In this document: positions 34,043 through 44,809 of the stretch, one piece after another | Position numbering within the stretch: the first letter of the stretch is position 1 | Layout of the letters: the number at the start of each line of letters is the position of its first letter | NCBI GenBank assembly: GCA_045863335.1 | Contig: BTVY01000032.1 | Span: 1-64,000 of the forward strand | From: Candidatus Hydrogenedentota bacterium | GTDB lineage: Bacteria > Hydrogenedentota > Hydrogenedentia > Hydrogenedentales > SLHB01 | Length of the DNA: 64,000 nucleotides | Direction: 5' to 3' | Translations under genes and position numbers: made by a program | The notes under the pieces: generated by a model | The model's input: only the letters and a program-made list of their open reading frames with translations | What the model was told of the DNA's origin: nothing | The model's database searches: none

Positions 34043-36426
34043 AACTCGACAGTCCACTCCACCGGCCCTTCGACGTCGCACGTGAACTGCATGACCAGGA
34101 CGCGCTCATCCATTCGCGTCGTTGGCTGCCTGCTAGACACGGTGCAACGCTTCATCGCAAAGGGTTCCGGTACCAGTACGCGCAACGAGTACGGTGTATC
34201 CGCCACTCCTTCAAATGACCCTCGCAAGGTCCGCGACGTTTCATCCCATTCGAGCGCGCGAAAGTCTGTCGCGCCCTGGGAATAGTGCCGGTCCGTGGCA
34301 AGGAACATGGGACGATCTTCGTAGGGGCGCAGCCCCAGCAATCGCACACTACCCGCAGGCACCGATACGGATAACTGGTTCGACGCGGTCCCGTAGTAGG
34401 TTTCTTCCCAGAACCCGTACACGGTGTAGTACCGGTCGCGCGCCAGACCGAGATCGTCGAAGTTCACGTCGATGGTTTGCGCCGCCGATTCGTCCCAATT
34501 GAACAGGCCAACGATAGCCCACTCGCCAATCTCGTTGTGAATCGGTAACGACCAGATTCGGGGATTCTCGCTGGTGAACAGATCGACCGGGCGCGCGGGG
34601 CGGTGCAGCGTGGGGAGGAGGCGCCGCAGCACGTCGACCTGGTCATCGCCAAGTTCGGTGAACTGGTTGCCGACTTTTATGGCTCCACCGGTCAAGGCCG
34701 CCCCCGTGAGCCACGCAATACTCTGATCTCGGGTCAACGCCGGCTGATCCGTTACGTCCCAGCGATCTCGCGTCGAAGCCACGTTGAAGAACGCGCAGTC
34801 CTGATCCGGGCTCCACATCCAGGGCGTGAAATAGTAGCGCCTTGCCGCATTGGTGAGCGTGTCGACACAGCCCCATGCCCAATGCCCGGGTGTCTTACGC
34901 CAGACGGGGGCGCAGTCGATGCCGAGCCTCATGCCTTGGGCGAACGTCCCGTTGATCGGCAGCGGGGCCGTGGTCATCACGAATTTGCGGTCGCCCAGCC
35001 CTTCTCGAATCGCTTCCATTCCCAGTCGCATGATTTCCACACGGGTCATGTCGGTGTTGGAGTACGTATCCGCAAGTGTCAGGTAGTACGGAAAATCCAC
35101 TTCGACCAACGCATCAAATCCCCACTCATTCCCGATTTTTCTCGCCGTATCCCGCACAAACTCGTAGGCACCCGGCGCGGTTATGTCGAGAATTCGCTCT
35201 TCTTCGCCCACCACCATGCGGCCCACCGCATTGGGCGACGCCAGCCATTCCGGATGCGCTTTGGCAAGCTGGGAATCAAGGTCCACTTTGAATGGCGCTA
35301 TCCAGAGTCCCGCCGTCATTCCTTTGTCATGGATGCGGTCGGCCATCGCCTTCATTCCGCTTGGAAACCGTTCGAGATTGGGTTCCCAGTCGCCATTGGC
35401 GATCTGCCAGCCATCGTCGATTGCGAAGTGATCCCATCCGTAACGCCGAAGATGCGCGCTCAAGAACTCCAGATTCGCCAGCATCCGTTCTTCATCGATG
35501 TCTGTTCGGAACGACGTGCTCCACGAATCCCACCCATGGGGAATGGGTGGTTTGGCGGGATCGACGTTATTCGCCAGGGCCATGGCCTTGCCGAATCGCT
35601 CCAACCCTTCCAACGGATTGGTTTCCGTTACGGCGAGGTACAGCGGCTCCGACACCAGCGTTTCGCCCGGTGCGACGACCGCGGGTGGATCATAGATGCA
35701 CTGCGCCGTGAACGACTCGAAGCGGTCCACTTCGCCCTCGACGCTACTGACCGGACTGGCCAGTTCGATCTGCGTGTAGGCGCTGTTGTGGCTCAGGAAT
35801 CCCGCAATAAGCGATCGGCCCGTTACCGGATTGTGCGTAGCCAGGTTCCACATGGCGGTTACCGGTCCCTGCACGAGTCCCGGCATGGTCGTGTCGCCCG
35901 GGAACTGCTTGCCGCCTTCGAGCGTCGTGCTGTCCGGCGTCTTGATGCCGAGAGAAAACCCATCCAACGCGTTCTTCCCGAATCCGCCTGTGTTCCCGGT
36001 AGCCCAGGGGATCAACGCGCGAACGCGTACCGGTTCCTTCGTCGTGTTGGTATACGCCAGTTGGACGGTGAAATAGGGTTCCGTAGGATAGACCCGATGG
36101 CTCCACTTGCACTCCTTGTAGTCCATGACCACGCCCTGGCCCTTGCCCAACCGGTCGTTCACTTCCTCTCGTGCGGTATGGCGGCCATCGGTCCGCATGG
36201 GCTCCGGAGCGGTCTCGCCGTCAAACCAGACCATGGGGTAGACGTTCATGAACACCGGATCGCCCGTGGGCAGCGTAACGTCAATGCGCCCATTCTTCTG
36301 AATGCCGACCTCGTACGAGGCCGCGGTCGTGGTGCGGTACTCCTGGGCGGGCCGGTAGAGCGGCGCCGCAAGGCCGGAACTCGACAGAACAAACAGTGCG
36401 AGCGCTCCGGCTCTATACTTCATCAT
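34039..36426 (-). CDS. Secreted alpha-galactosidase-like glycoside hydrolase (clan D, GH36-like)
   Basis: GWDSW, AIDDGWQ..GDW....RFPSGMK, GLWIAPF, LDIT.P, MRLGID. Confidence 0.88.
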   Translation of the reverse strand: MMKYRAGALALFVLSSSGLAAPLYRPAQEYRTTTAASYEVGIQKNGRIDVTLPTGDPVFMNVYPMVWFDGETAPEPMRTDGRHTAREEVNDRLGKGQGVVMDYKECKWSHRVYPTEPYFTVQLAYTNTTKEPVRVRALIPWATGNTGGFGKNALDGFSLGIKTPDSTTLEGGKQFPGDTTMPGLVQGPVTAMWNLATHNPVTGRSLIAGFLSHNSAYTQIELASPVSSVEGEVDRFESFTAQCIYDPPAVVAPGETLVSEPLYLAVTETNPLEGLERFGKAMALANNVDPAKPPIPHGWDSWSTSFRTDIDEERMLANLEFLSAHLRRYGWDHFAIDDGWQIANGDWEPNLERFPSGMKAMADRIHDKGMTAGLWIAPFKVDLDSQLAKAHPEWLASPNAVGRMVVGEEERILDITAPGAYEFVRDTARKIGNEWGFDALVEVDFPYYLTLADTYSNTDMTRVEIMRLGMEAIREGLGDRKFVMTTAPLPINGTFAQGMRLGIDCAPVWRKTPGHWAWGCVDTLTNAARRYYFTPWMWSPDQDCAFFNVASTRDRWDVTDQPALTRDQSIAWLTGAALTGGAIKVGNQFTELGDDQVDVLRRLLPTLHRPARPVDLFTSENPRIWSLPIHNEIGEWAIVGLFNWDESAAQTIDVNFDDLGLARDRYYTVYGFWEETYYGTASNQLSVSVPAGSVRLLGLRPYEDRPMFLATDRHYSQGATDFRALEWDETSRTLRGSFEGVADTPYSLRVLVPEPFAMKRCTVSSRQPTTRMDERVLVMQFTCDVEGPVEWTVEF

Positions 36427-36610
36427 TGGAATCTACTCCTGCTGGTGGCCCGGCTCTAAGCGAGGATAATTCGGACCCGAGTCTATTCTCCCCGGCATTC
36501 GGCTTCAATGTATCCATCCTCATTAGGGCTCCATAGTTGCTGCGAATACCGATTTTGAGGTACGCTCTGGTTTCTCCCAAACCACCGTCTTTGAATCAAG
36601 GGAAACCGGT

Positions 36611-36910
36611 ATGCTCGTACACAGCGTCTACTTTTGGCTGCGGGACAACTTGTCAGACGACGAACGCGCGGCGTTTCGCCAAGGAGTGGAATCCTTGCGC
36701 GCCATCGAAACCGTCAAGGAAATGCACGTGGGTACCCCAGCGGCAACGCCGGACCGCCCGGTGCTGGATCGGAGCTATGACCTGGCGCTCACCGTGGTAC
36801 TGGACGACATTCCCGGCCACGATATTTACCAGGACCACGAAATCCATCACGCCTTTGTGGAGAACTTCTCCACGTACTGGACGCGGGTTCAAATCTACGA
36901 CGCGGACTGA
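36611..36910 (+). CDS. Dabb family stress-responsive A/B barrel protein
   Basis: HSVYFWL, SYD..L, YQDHEIHHAFV, IYD. Confidence 0.9.
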   Translation: MLVHSVYFWLRDNLSDDERAAFRQGVESLRAIETVKEMHVGTPAATPDRPVLDRSYDLALTVVLDDIPGHDIYQDHEIHHAFVENFSTYWTRVQIYDAD

Positions 36911-36911
36911 T

Positions 36912-37418
36912 TTACTCCGGAAGCTTGGAAAGCATTCCAATCTGGCCGCGATGATACGAATCGTGGGATACCATGATGCTTAACGAACGGCCGATACTGC
37001 TGAAGAAACCGCGCAGTTGATCCGGCACCTCGCCCGGCAGCGGGTTGGGCAAGTTTTCGTCGGATAGTTTGCCTATGCCCTCGATCCCAGTCGTCATGAC
37101 CAGCCTGTATAGCGACACCACCTCGTCCCATTCCGGATAGTCTTCCGCTTTGCCTGTGATCGGGAGACCGCCCGCGAAGTCCGGCGCAAACCTGCGGCCA
37201 AACCCTTTTGGCATATCCAGCCGCTCGCCAAGGGTCCAACGAACCACGACGGTGTTGACCGTGTTGGTGAGATGCCCGATCAGCCACATGGGGTGCGCTT
37301 TGCCATCCAGCAATTGCTTGAGCCGGTGCGACTCCGGAACGTTCTCCGCGATGCGCAAGGTTTCATCCCGGCAAAACGTCAATTGCACTTGAAGTAAGTT
37401 GATTTGTGTACCCGCCAT
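36912..37418 (-). CDS. DinB family protein
   Basis: HPMWLIGHL and HDSYHRGQI His motifs. Confidence 0.9.
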   Translation of the reverse strand: MAGTQINLLQVQLTFCRDETLRIAENVPESHRLKQLLDGKAHPMWLIGHLTNTVNTVVVRWTLGERLDMPKGFGRRFAPDFAGGLPITGKAEDYPEWDEVVSLYRLVMTTGIEGIGKLSDENLPNPLPGEVPDQLRGFFSSIGRSLSIMVSHDSYHRGQIGMLSKLPE

Positions 37419-37537
37419 TCCGGTTCTCTCCTTGTGTTTCGCTGACTAAACTGCGCCCCAGCAGGTGAGGCCGATGTTTGCTCGGTGCTTGTGGTTCAGG
37501 CATAATCCCCGCTTCCTGGGTCGAGGCAGTCATCCAC

Positions 37538-38167
37538 GTGGTCACACCTACAGAAACGCTCTCCGCGGAACTCCGCGCGTTGCTCGCCAAAGCCGACGCC
37601 GAAGAAGTGCGTCTCGGAGAGATCCTGGAGCCGTTTCCGGTGCGTGGCCACGCGTTAATGATCGTATTGTTCAGTTTTCCGTTGAGTCTACCCATTGCGC
37701 CCCCGTTTCTCGGAGGCCCCTTTGGTCTGGTCCTTGCGTTACTCGGCCTCTATTTGGCCCTCGGCAAGAAGCCATGGTTGCCTCGGTTCCTGCGCGAACG
37801 CAGCATCTCCTCGCAACGCTTCCACGGCATCCTTCGCCGATTGATTGGCGTCGCCAAAATGCTCGAAAGCTTCCTCCGGCCGAGAATACTTGTGTTGACG
37901 AACATGCTCTGGCTTCGCCGGTGCCATGCCATATACATACTTCTGTTGGCACTCCTGTTGGCCTTGCCCGTACCGCTGCCGGTGCCGTTCAGCAATACCG
38001 TCGTCGCCCTGCCCATCTTCATCACGGGCCTCGGCCTCCTGGAGCGTGACGGATTATTCGTGCTGCTCGGCTATATCGCGGCGCTGCCCTGTATTGCATA
38101 CTACGGCGGCATCCTCTGGCTGGGCCAGGAAGGTGTGGAACTTTTCTTGCATCATTACGGTCTCTAG
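37538..38167 (+). CDS. ExoD family exopolysaccharide synthesis membrane protein
   Basis: LGEIL....RG, PWLP..L.ERSI, LRPR, PFSNT, GLLERDG. Start uncertain (track start 37478). Confidence 0.9.
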   Translation: MVTPTETLSAELRALLAKADAEEVRLGEILEPFPVRGHALMIVLFSFPLSLPIAPPFLGGPFGLVLALLGLYLALGKKPWLPRFLRERSISSQRFHGILRRLIGVAKMLESFLRPRILVLTNMLWLRRCHAIYILLLALLLALPVPLPVPFSNTVVALPIFITGLGLLERDGLFVLLGYIAALPCIAYYGGILWLGQEGVELFLHHYGL

Positions 38168-38170
38168 GGC

Positions 38171-39070
38171 CTACGCATCGTCCGCATCGATGATCTCGGC
38201 GGTCATCTGTTCCACCTCTACCGCCGACATACCCCGGGCGCGCTGCAACCGATCCAGGCGCTTTTGAAACTGTCCCATGGCAAAGGCGGCGAAGGTCTCC
38301 TCCGACTCCCCGAACGGAGGCTCCTCATACCGCGTGAACGTCTCGTGAATCAGCCCCATGACCTTAGGCAGCAACTCGTTCATTGTCTCCTGCACGACAT
38401 CCCACATGCCCGGATCCTCCGACATGAGCCGCGACAGCAGATAAATGCCATATGCGAGATGCCGGGCCTCGTCGCGCTTGACCAGCGACACGCCTTTGCG
38501 CGTGCCCGGCAGGATGCCCTTCTTGTCCAGCGCCAGAAAATAAGCATGGTAGCCCGTCTCGGCAATGATGCCTTCGACCACGAGATTGTAGGTCGCGGAC
38601 GCGCGCGCCAAGGCCGCGTGTGACGTATCGGTCTTGAGGGCCTCCATCGCCGCCGGCAGGGCCTCGTAAAAGATCGCGCGATAATTCTCCTGATGGTAAT
38701 GCGACAGGTCACAGTCTTGTCCCGCAACTTCCGTTACGAAGCGCGCGAAAAAGTCCGTGTGTTTCGCTTCCTCCCAAAGGAAGGCCGTGAGATAGATTTC
38801 CTCCTCCACCCGTCCATCCTGGGCGATCGTATGAATCAGCGGCAGCAGATCCAGTGTCACCGCTTCCTCGCCGCCCACGAACAGCGCCGTGAGCATGAGG
38901 ATTGCGTCGCGTTCCACCTCGGTCAGATTCGGCCAGTCCTTGCGATCCTGGGTGAAGTCAAGCTCGCTCGGGTTCCAGATTCCCAGCCGCTTCGATTTCT
39001 CAAACAGGATCATGGGCGGGCTCGAACGGCGAAGGCCATGGGTCGTGGTTACAAAGCTGTTGTGCGGCAA
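38171..39070 (-). CDS. R2-like ligand-binding oxidase (R2lox, Mn/Fe ferritin-like)
   Basis: LFEKSKRLGIWNP, GEEAVTLDLLP, WEEAKH, TYNLVVEGIIAETGY, DEARH. TTG at 39070 follows GGAGG (alternative ATG 39085). Confidence 0.92.
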   Translation of the reverse strand: MPHNSFVTTTHGLRRSSPPMILFEKSKRLGIWNPSELDFTQDRKDWPNLTEVERDAILMLTALFVGGEEAVTLDLLPLIHTIAQDGRVEEEIYLTAFLWEEAKHTDFFARFVTEVAGQDCDLSHYHQENYRAIFYEALPAAMEALKTDTSHAALARASATYNLVVEGIIAETGYHAYFLALDKKGILPGTRKGVSLVKRDEARHLAYGIYLLSRLMSEDPGMWDVVQETMNELLPKVMGLIHETFTRYEEPPFGESEETFAAFAMGQFQKRLDRLQRARGMSAVEVEQMTAEIIDADDA

Positions 39071-39321
39071 CGCGGACACCTCCATGCGTTGGATCGCCCA
39101 AGTTTCCCTGGGCGATACCTTCCCGAAGAGCAACACCTGTAACCGTGCGAAATCCACATCTTGCAGCCCGACTATTATGCGCAGCCCATTGAGATGATTC
39201 CAACTGTTCGCTCGTCGAACCGCGGCAGCCTGGTTTGCTGCGGAAAACGAACGAGTTGATCGCTCAATCATCGCCATGGAAAATGAGGGCCTACCACCTG
39301 AAAGAAAGGATTGGCGCGCAC

Positions 39322-40509
39322 TTGGAGAGTCCATACACATACTACCGTTCGGCCATTGCCGGGCGTGTCATGCCGCTGGCCTACGTGGACCTCGATCGAT
39401 TCGACCAGAACGCCCGCGACATCGCGGCTCGATCCCAAGGCCGGCGCATTCGCGTCGCGTCCAAATCCATTCGTTGTGTCCCGCTTATGGAGCGCATCCT
39501 GGCCACCGGCGCGCCGTACGAGGGTATCATGGCCTACAGCGCGCGGGAAGCCGTGTTCCTGAGCCAGCAAGGGTTCGACGATATTCTGATTGCCTACCCC
39601 GTGGTTCACGAAGCCGAGGATGCGCGTCTTTGTGAAGAGCTGCAGCGCGGCAAACGCATCGTATGCATGGTCGACTGCTTTGAGCACGTGCAGCTCCTCG
39701 ACAAGCTGGGACGCGACCACGCCGTCGAAGTGCCGGTCTGCATCGATATTGACCTGGCGACCGAGTTTCCCGGACTCTACTTCGGCGTCCGCAGGTCACC
39801 GTTACGGACGCCGGTTGACGTAATCGAGTTGTCCCGTCGTATCGCCGCGGCCAAGAACGTGCGCCTTGCGGGGGTGATGGGATATGAAGCGCAAATCGCG
39901 GGACTGCCCGACAACGCTCCCGGCCAGGGAGTCAAGAATGCGTTCATCCGGTTTCTGAAGCGGCGATCCCTCGCGGACTTTCGTAAACGCCGCGCGGACA
40001 TCGTGCAGGCGATTCGTGATGAAGGTATCGAATTGGAGTTCGTCAACGGCGGCGGCACAGGGAGCGTCGAGACGTCCATTGAAGAGGAGTGCTTGACCGA
40101 AGTCACCGTAGGCTCCGGTTTCTTTGCGCCACTCTTGTTTGACTGGTATCAGTCATGCCGGCATCTGCCCGCTGTGGGGTACGCCGTTGAGATCACGCGA
40201 AAACCCGCCCCCGGCATCTATACCTGCCACGGCGGCGGTTACGTCGCCTCCGGTACCGGCGCCAATAAGGCGCCCCAGCCGTTTCTACCGGAGGGCGCCG
40301 CGTTGCTTCCCCTGGAAGGCGCCGGCGAAGTCCAGACCCCCGTCCGATACGAAGGGCCGGAAACGCTCAACCTGGGCGACCCGATCTTCATGCGCTACGC
40401 GAAGGCAGGGGAGATGTGCGAACGCTTTAACTTGCTCCTGGCCATACAAGGCGGCGCGGTCGTGGCTGAATATCCTACCTACCGGGGCGAAGGACAGGTG
40501 TTTCTGTAG
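39322..40509 (+). CDS. Fold-type III PLP enzyme (DSD1/alanine-racemase-like amino acid deaminase/aldolase)
   Basis: IRVASKSIRC (PLP Lys), GVRRSP, MGYEAQIAG, FVNGGGTGS, EGAGEVQTP, KAGEMCERF. Confidence 0.9.
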   Translation: MESPYTYYRSAIAGRVMPLAYVDLDRFDQNARDIAARSQGRRIRVASKSIRCVPLMERILATGAPYEGIMAYSAREAVFLSQQGFDDILIAYPVVHEAEDARLCEELQRGKRIVCMVDCFEHVQLLDKLGRDHAVEVPVCIDIDLATEFPGLYFGVRRSPLRTPVDVIELSRRIAAAKNVRLAGVMGYEAQIAGLPDNAPGQGVKNAFIRFLKRRSLADFRKRRADIVQAIRDEGIELEFVNGGGTGSVETSIEEECLTEVTVGSGFFAPLLFDWYQSCRHLPAVGYAVEITRKPAPGIYTCHGGGYVASGTGANKAPQPFLPEGAALLPLEGAGEVQTPVRYEGPETLNLGDPIFMRYAKAGEMCERFNLLLAIQGGAVVAEYPTYRGEGQVFL

Positions 40510-40568
40510 TCGTGTTTTTGCTACCGTTATGCGCGGGCATCTCGAGCGCCACCGGGGGGAAATCGGCC

Positions 40569-41858
40569 ATGGGAGCCACAGTGCGAAGCAACCTTTCACG
40601 CTCAACGGTTGCTCTGGTAATCGGAATTCCGCTTCTTACTAACCTGTGCTGCAATCCTGAATCGAACGACGGGTCGACGCGCACAACAACGCCGTTGCAT
40701 GAGATGGCCCGTGACGGGCGACTCAGCAGCGTGGAAGCGTTGATGGGCCAGGGCGAGAATGTCAACGCGCTCGACGAAGAGGGTAAGTCGCCGTTGCACT
40801 GGGCCGCGGCAAATGGCCACGTGGGAACCGTGTCAGCCCTGATCAACGCGGGAGCCGATCCCGGCGTCAGGGACGACCACGGGATGACGCCCTTCGACTA
40901 CGCCAACGCGAACGGCCACAGCCAGACGGCAGATGAGATTGCACGGGCCATTGGCAATGAAGGAAGCCGTCCGCCGTCCGCCTCGGAAGCCGCCACGCCG
41001 TCGGGACTGAATCCGTCGCTGAAATACGTTGATTTGCCGTCCTTCGAAACCGCGATTGGCCAGCCCGCCTGCCTGCTGAAGAGCGACCGCGTCTGGATGT
41101 TCGCGCCGAAGTCTCGGGAAGAGGCCGCGAACGTCGTCTTCCGGTACCTCGTGAACGCCTACGACGTTCTGCGCGGTATCGTCGGGGTAGACACCGAGTT
41201 TGTTATCGTGGTCTACAATTTTCCGGAAGGCAGCAGAGAGGCCTTTGGCGGTACGAGCAACTGCGCCATCTACTACGACGACACGAACCTGCAACTGGAC
41301 CGGCATTCCGAGTGGACGCTACATAGCGTGCCTCACGTTTCGGGATACATCGAGGAGATGGCCCACAACTTCGTCGCTGCGACGAAAGCCCAATTCGGCT
41401 GGGAAATGATGGGGTGGAGCATCGGCATGCACGCCTCGCAGGCGGTCGCAAGCAATCCGGTATTCGTTCAACACTGGACTGAAACGTATCAGGGCCAGGC
41501 GAGTACCTATCAACGGTACGTCGCGGCGGGATTCGTACTTCCTTCCGATGTCCCCGCAAATCAGGTGGACCGCATTCACGCGTACATCCTGAGCGAGTGC
41601 GAACGGCAGTACGGCGCGTCCTTCTGGCGGGATGCCTTCGCTGAAATCCGAAAAGAAGCCCAAGCCCTGCGCGATGCCGCCAATGCAGGAGAGGATGACG
41701 CCATTCGCAATAAGCGGTATCAGATTACGATAGAATGTCTTGATCGGCTACCCGGGATAGAGTTCAAGCAGATGCTGCAAAACAGTGGTATTTCGCTGAC
41801 AACAGACGTGAAATCGCTCCATCCCACGGAGCCGGGCTGGAACCGGCGATTGCAGTGA
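40569..41858 (+). CDS. Exported ankyrin-repeat protein with an unknown C-terminal domain
   Basis: TPLHEMA, GKSPLHWAAANGH and GMTPFDYA ankyrin repeats, with a hydrophobic N-terminus. Confidence 0.85.
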   Translation: MGATVRSNLSRSTVALVIGIPLLTNLCCNPESNDGSTRTTTPLHEMARDGRLSSVEALMGQGENVNALDEEGKSPLHWAAANGHVGTVSALINAGADPGVRDDHGMTPFDYANANGHSQTADEIARAIGNEGSRPPSASEAATPSGLNPSLKYVDLPSFETAIGQPACLLKSDRVWMFAPKSREEAANVVFRYLVNAYDVLRGIVGVDTEFVIVVYNFPEGSREAFGGTSNCAIYYDDTNLQLDRHSEWTLHSVPHVSGYIEEMAHNFVAATKAQFGWEMMGWSIGMHASQAVASNPVFVQHWTETYQGQASTYQRYVAAGFVLPSDVPANQVDRIHAYILSECERQYGASFWRDAFAEIRKEAQALRDAANAGEDDAIRNKRYQITIECLDRLPGIEFKQMLQNSGISLTTDVKSLHPTEPGWNRRLQ

Positions 41859-41908
41859 GGGGAAGACGCTCCTGCGGCTCATTACCTGGTTCGTCTGTAT
41901 CGGCATGA

Positions 41909-42325
41909 TTACGTGCAATCCCGACCATTGAGGAACGTGCGAGGGTCGATCGCTTTCACGGGCGATTCGGTGAAGTCTGCGACATTACGAGTAACCACGT
42001 AGTCACAACCCGCGGTTTTTGCCGACACGGCAACCACGGCATCTTCAAAATCACTCATTGTCGACGCTGTCGCCAAGGTCAGTATCTGAAAGTCGCAAGC
42101 CGCAATTATGAATGAACGCAATAGCCACTCGATGGTGTTCTTGACCTCTTGCGGCTTGAGGTCTCGTTCGAGAAAATACGATATGATCGTAACGGCGTGG
42201 GCCGGGAGAACTCCCTCGACGTTCTTGTACAGAATTGCATCAAGAACTGACGCGGCGTCCTCGAAATGCGGTTCCCTTCGCTGCAGGAAGTCCAGCAAGA
42301 CATTGACGTCCAGTAGTACTTTCAT
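41909..42325 (-). CDS. PIN-domain (VapC-like) toxin
   Basis: VLLDVNVLLD, DFEDAV, VVTRNVADF. Confidence 0.93.
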   Translation of the reverse strand: MKVLLDVNVLLDFLQRREPHFEDAASVLDAILYKNVEGVLPAHAVTIISYFLERDLKPQEVKNTIEWLLRSFIIAACDFQILTLATASTMSDFEDAVVAVSAKTAGCDYVVTRNVADFTESPVKAIDPRTFLNGRDCT

Positions 42326-42534
42326 TGGTGTTTCTTGCGGAGATGAGCCACATACTCTTCCTGCCGATCGGCAGTTCGCGCGGATTCAATAATACCGCCA
42401 AACTTCTGAACGTCCGGATGGTGATCTCTTTGTTCCCCACGGATGGGAATCACGTTCACCGCCGTACCTTCCGGAAGAACGGCTGCTTGGTCAAGGACCA
42501 CCACGCCCCCTTTGACATGACCTCGGTAAGACAC
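42322..42534 (-). CDS. Putative antitoxin (DUF104/AbrB-like)
   Basis: YRGHVKGGVVVLD....LPEGTAV, overlapping the PIN gene start by 4 nt. Confidence 0.8.
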   Translation of the reverse strand: MSYRGHVKGGVVVLDQAAVLPEGTAVNVIPIRGEQRDHHPDVQKFGGIIESARTADRQEEYVAHLRKKHQ

Positions 42535-42672
42535 GACATTACCTCCCTTATAACTTGGATAAGTATATCATACCCTGAACCGGCCACGGATTTGCGGAAG
42601 CATTCCACGTAGCGTCACAATACTATCAAGAATGCGCCATGAGCTAATGTCTACTTACCGTTTGGGGGTCCT

Positions 42673-44706
42673 ATGCGAGTTTCCGTGTTTACTGCGTTCT
42701 TGTTTCTTGGGATTTCAGCAACCGCGAACGCAACCGTTTTACACATCGCACCGGATGGGGCTGATACGAATCCGGGTACGCAGGATTCGCCGCTCGCGAC
42801 GTTTCATGGCACGCGGGACGCCGTACGCGAATTGCGGCAACAATCCGATTGGGTGCCACGGCCGATAACGATTCTCGTCCAGCCAGGACGGTACCACGTC
42901 TCCGAATCATGGAGTTTGACGGCCGACGATGGGGGTAGTCTCGAAGCGCCTGTCGAGTACAAGGCCACCGCGCGGGGCGTGGTCTTGCTCGGAGGCCGCT
43001 ATTTGAATCCGGAAGGGTTTCAACCGATCACCGGCGCGGCGCTCGTGGATCGACTCGTTCCCGAAGCCGGAGGCCACGTGATGAACTTCGACCTGGAGGC
43101 CTCCGGCATCACGGATCTCGGCGCCTTTCCCAACCGGTTCGAGAATGCGCCTCCGTTACCCGAACTCTTCTTCAACGGCGCGCGTATGACCCTCGCCCGC
43201 TGGCCCAACGATGACTGGGCCACCATCGCGTCGATCGTCGATAGCGGCCCGGCCCCGTGGCGCAACCACTCCTCCGACAAATTGGGCGTATTCGAATACA
43301 GCGGCGACCGGCCGGAGCGATGGGGTTCCGCGCCGGAAGTCTGGCTACACGGCTACTGGTGTTTCGACTGGAGCGCGGAGACGATCAAGGTCGGCGCGAT
43401 TGATACGGAGAACCACCGGATTACCTTGAGCGAGCAGCACCACTACGGGCTTGGCAGTGGCAACCCGGCCCCACGCCGCTACTACGCCACGAACCTGCTC
43501 GAAGAACTGGATCAGCCCGGCGAATACTTCATTGACCGGGCAGGCGGACAACTCTACTTCTGGCCTCCCGGCGACATGTCTGGGGCGGATATCGTCCTGT
43601 CGACGCTGGCTGGACCAGTGATTGCCCTCGACAACGTTTCGCATGTACGGCTGGAAGGACTCACCGTCGAGACCTGCGTCGGCACCGGCATCGACGTGAA
43701 GGATGGGGAGGGCATCACGATCCAGTCGTGCACCGTCCGCAATACAGGGCAAGATGGAATCGTCATCAACGGCGGCACACGACATACCGTCGCCGGTTGC
43801 GACATTTACGATACAGGAACTGCGGGGCTGCGCGTGAGCGGCGGCGACCGCAAGACACTGACGCCCTGCAATCATGTGATCGACGACAACCACATCTGGC
43901 GGATATCGCGGCGGCAGCGTACGCACGCCTATAATATCCACATGGACGGCGTCGGCATTCAGGTGACGCATAACCTGCTCCACGACGCTCCGCATCAGGC
44001 CATCGGCCTCGGCGGTAACGACCATCTCATCGAGTTCAACGAGATTCACCACTCTGGCATGGAGACCGATGACAGCGGCGCCTTCTATATGGGCCGCAAC
44101 CCGTCCATGCGCGGCACGATCATCCGCCACAACTACTGGCACCATATCGGAAGCGCGCTGACCCATGGAAGCTGCGCTATCTATTTCGACGATGGCTCCG
44201 GGGGACAAACGGTAATCGGCAATGTGTTCTACAAGGCGGCCGGAGGAAATTTTGGCGCGGTCTTCGTGCACGGTGGCCATGACAATGACGTGATCAACAA
44301 TATTTTCGTGGACTGCAAGCGCGCCATTGGCGCCGCACCCTGGGATGATAACCGGTGGTGGGACTACGTGGCCGCGCCACTGTGGCAACAGGTACTGCTC
44401 CAGGATGTCGATATTACGCAGCCGCCGTACACCACGAAGTATCCCGGCCTCGTGGGATTCATGGAGCGCAACGATCGGCCCCGGCTCAACCGCGCGGCCC
44501 GCAACCTCGTCGTCCGGTGCGACGAATTCATCAACGGCAATTGGGACGAGCACGACAACTATGTTACCGCGGAAGATCCCGGTTTTGTAGACATGGCCCA
44601 GCAGAACTTTGGACTTCAGGAGAATGCCCAAGCGTTCTCCGCGCTGCCTGCGTTCGAGCCTATACCTTTCGCGGAGATGGGTTTGCGTACCTCTCGCGAC
44701 AAGTGA
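42673..44706 (+). CDS. Secreted right-handed beta-helix protein (GH141/pectin-lyase-like)
   Basis: Signal peptide, HIAPDGADTNPGT, ARWPN, ELDQPGEYF, DSGAFY, IYFDD. Confidence 0.88.
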   Translation: MRVSVFTAFLFLGISATANATVLHIAPDGADTNPGTQDSPLATFHGTRDAVRELRQQSDWVPRPITILVQPGRYHVSESWSLTADDGGSLEAPVEYKATARGVVLLGGRYLNPEGFQPITGAALVDRLVPEAGGHVMNFDLEASGITDLGAFPNRFENAPPLPELFFNGARMTLARWPNDDWATIASIVDSGPAPWRNHSSDKLGVFEYSGDRPERWGSAPEVWLHGYWCFDWSAETIKVGAIDTENHRITLSEQHHYGLGSGNPAPRRYYATNLLEELDQPGEYFIDRAGGQLYFWPPGDMSGADIVLSTLAGPVIALDNVSHVRLEGLTVETCVGTGIDVKDGEGITIQSCTVRNTGQDGIVINGGTRHTVAGCDIYDTGTAGLRVSGGDRKTLTPCNHVIDDNHIWRISRRQRTHAYNIHMDGVGIQVTHNLLHDAPHQAIGLGGNDHLIEFNEIHHSGMETDDSGAFYMGRNPSMRGTIIRHNYWHHIGSALTHGSCAIYFDDGSGGQTVIGNVFYKAAGGNFGAVFVHGGHDNDVINNIFVDCKRAIGAAPWDDNRWWDYVAAPLWQQVLLQDVDITQPPYTTKYPGLVGFMERNDRPRLNRAARNLVVRCDEFINGNWDEHDNYVTAEDPGFVDMAQQNFGLQENAQAFSALPAFEPIPFAEMGLRTSRDK

Positions 44707-44809
44707 CCGAGGCGATTCATGAGTCCTTGTCACGTTTCTGACCCTCTGCTATAGTGAACGGGAAGGTTGCTGCGGGCAAATCGACCCACTGCGGCGGGTC
44801 CAACGAGAG

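Noticed and set aside
38171-39070. Ribonucleotide reductase beta subunit (nrdB/nrdF)
   Set aside because: The sequence motifs match R2lox and no alpha subunit lies nearby.
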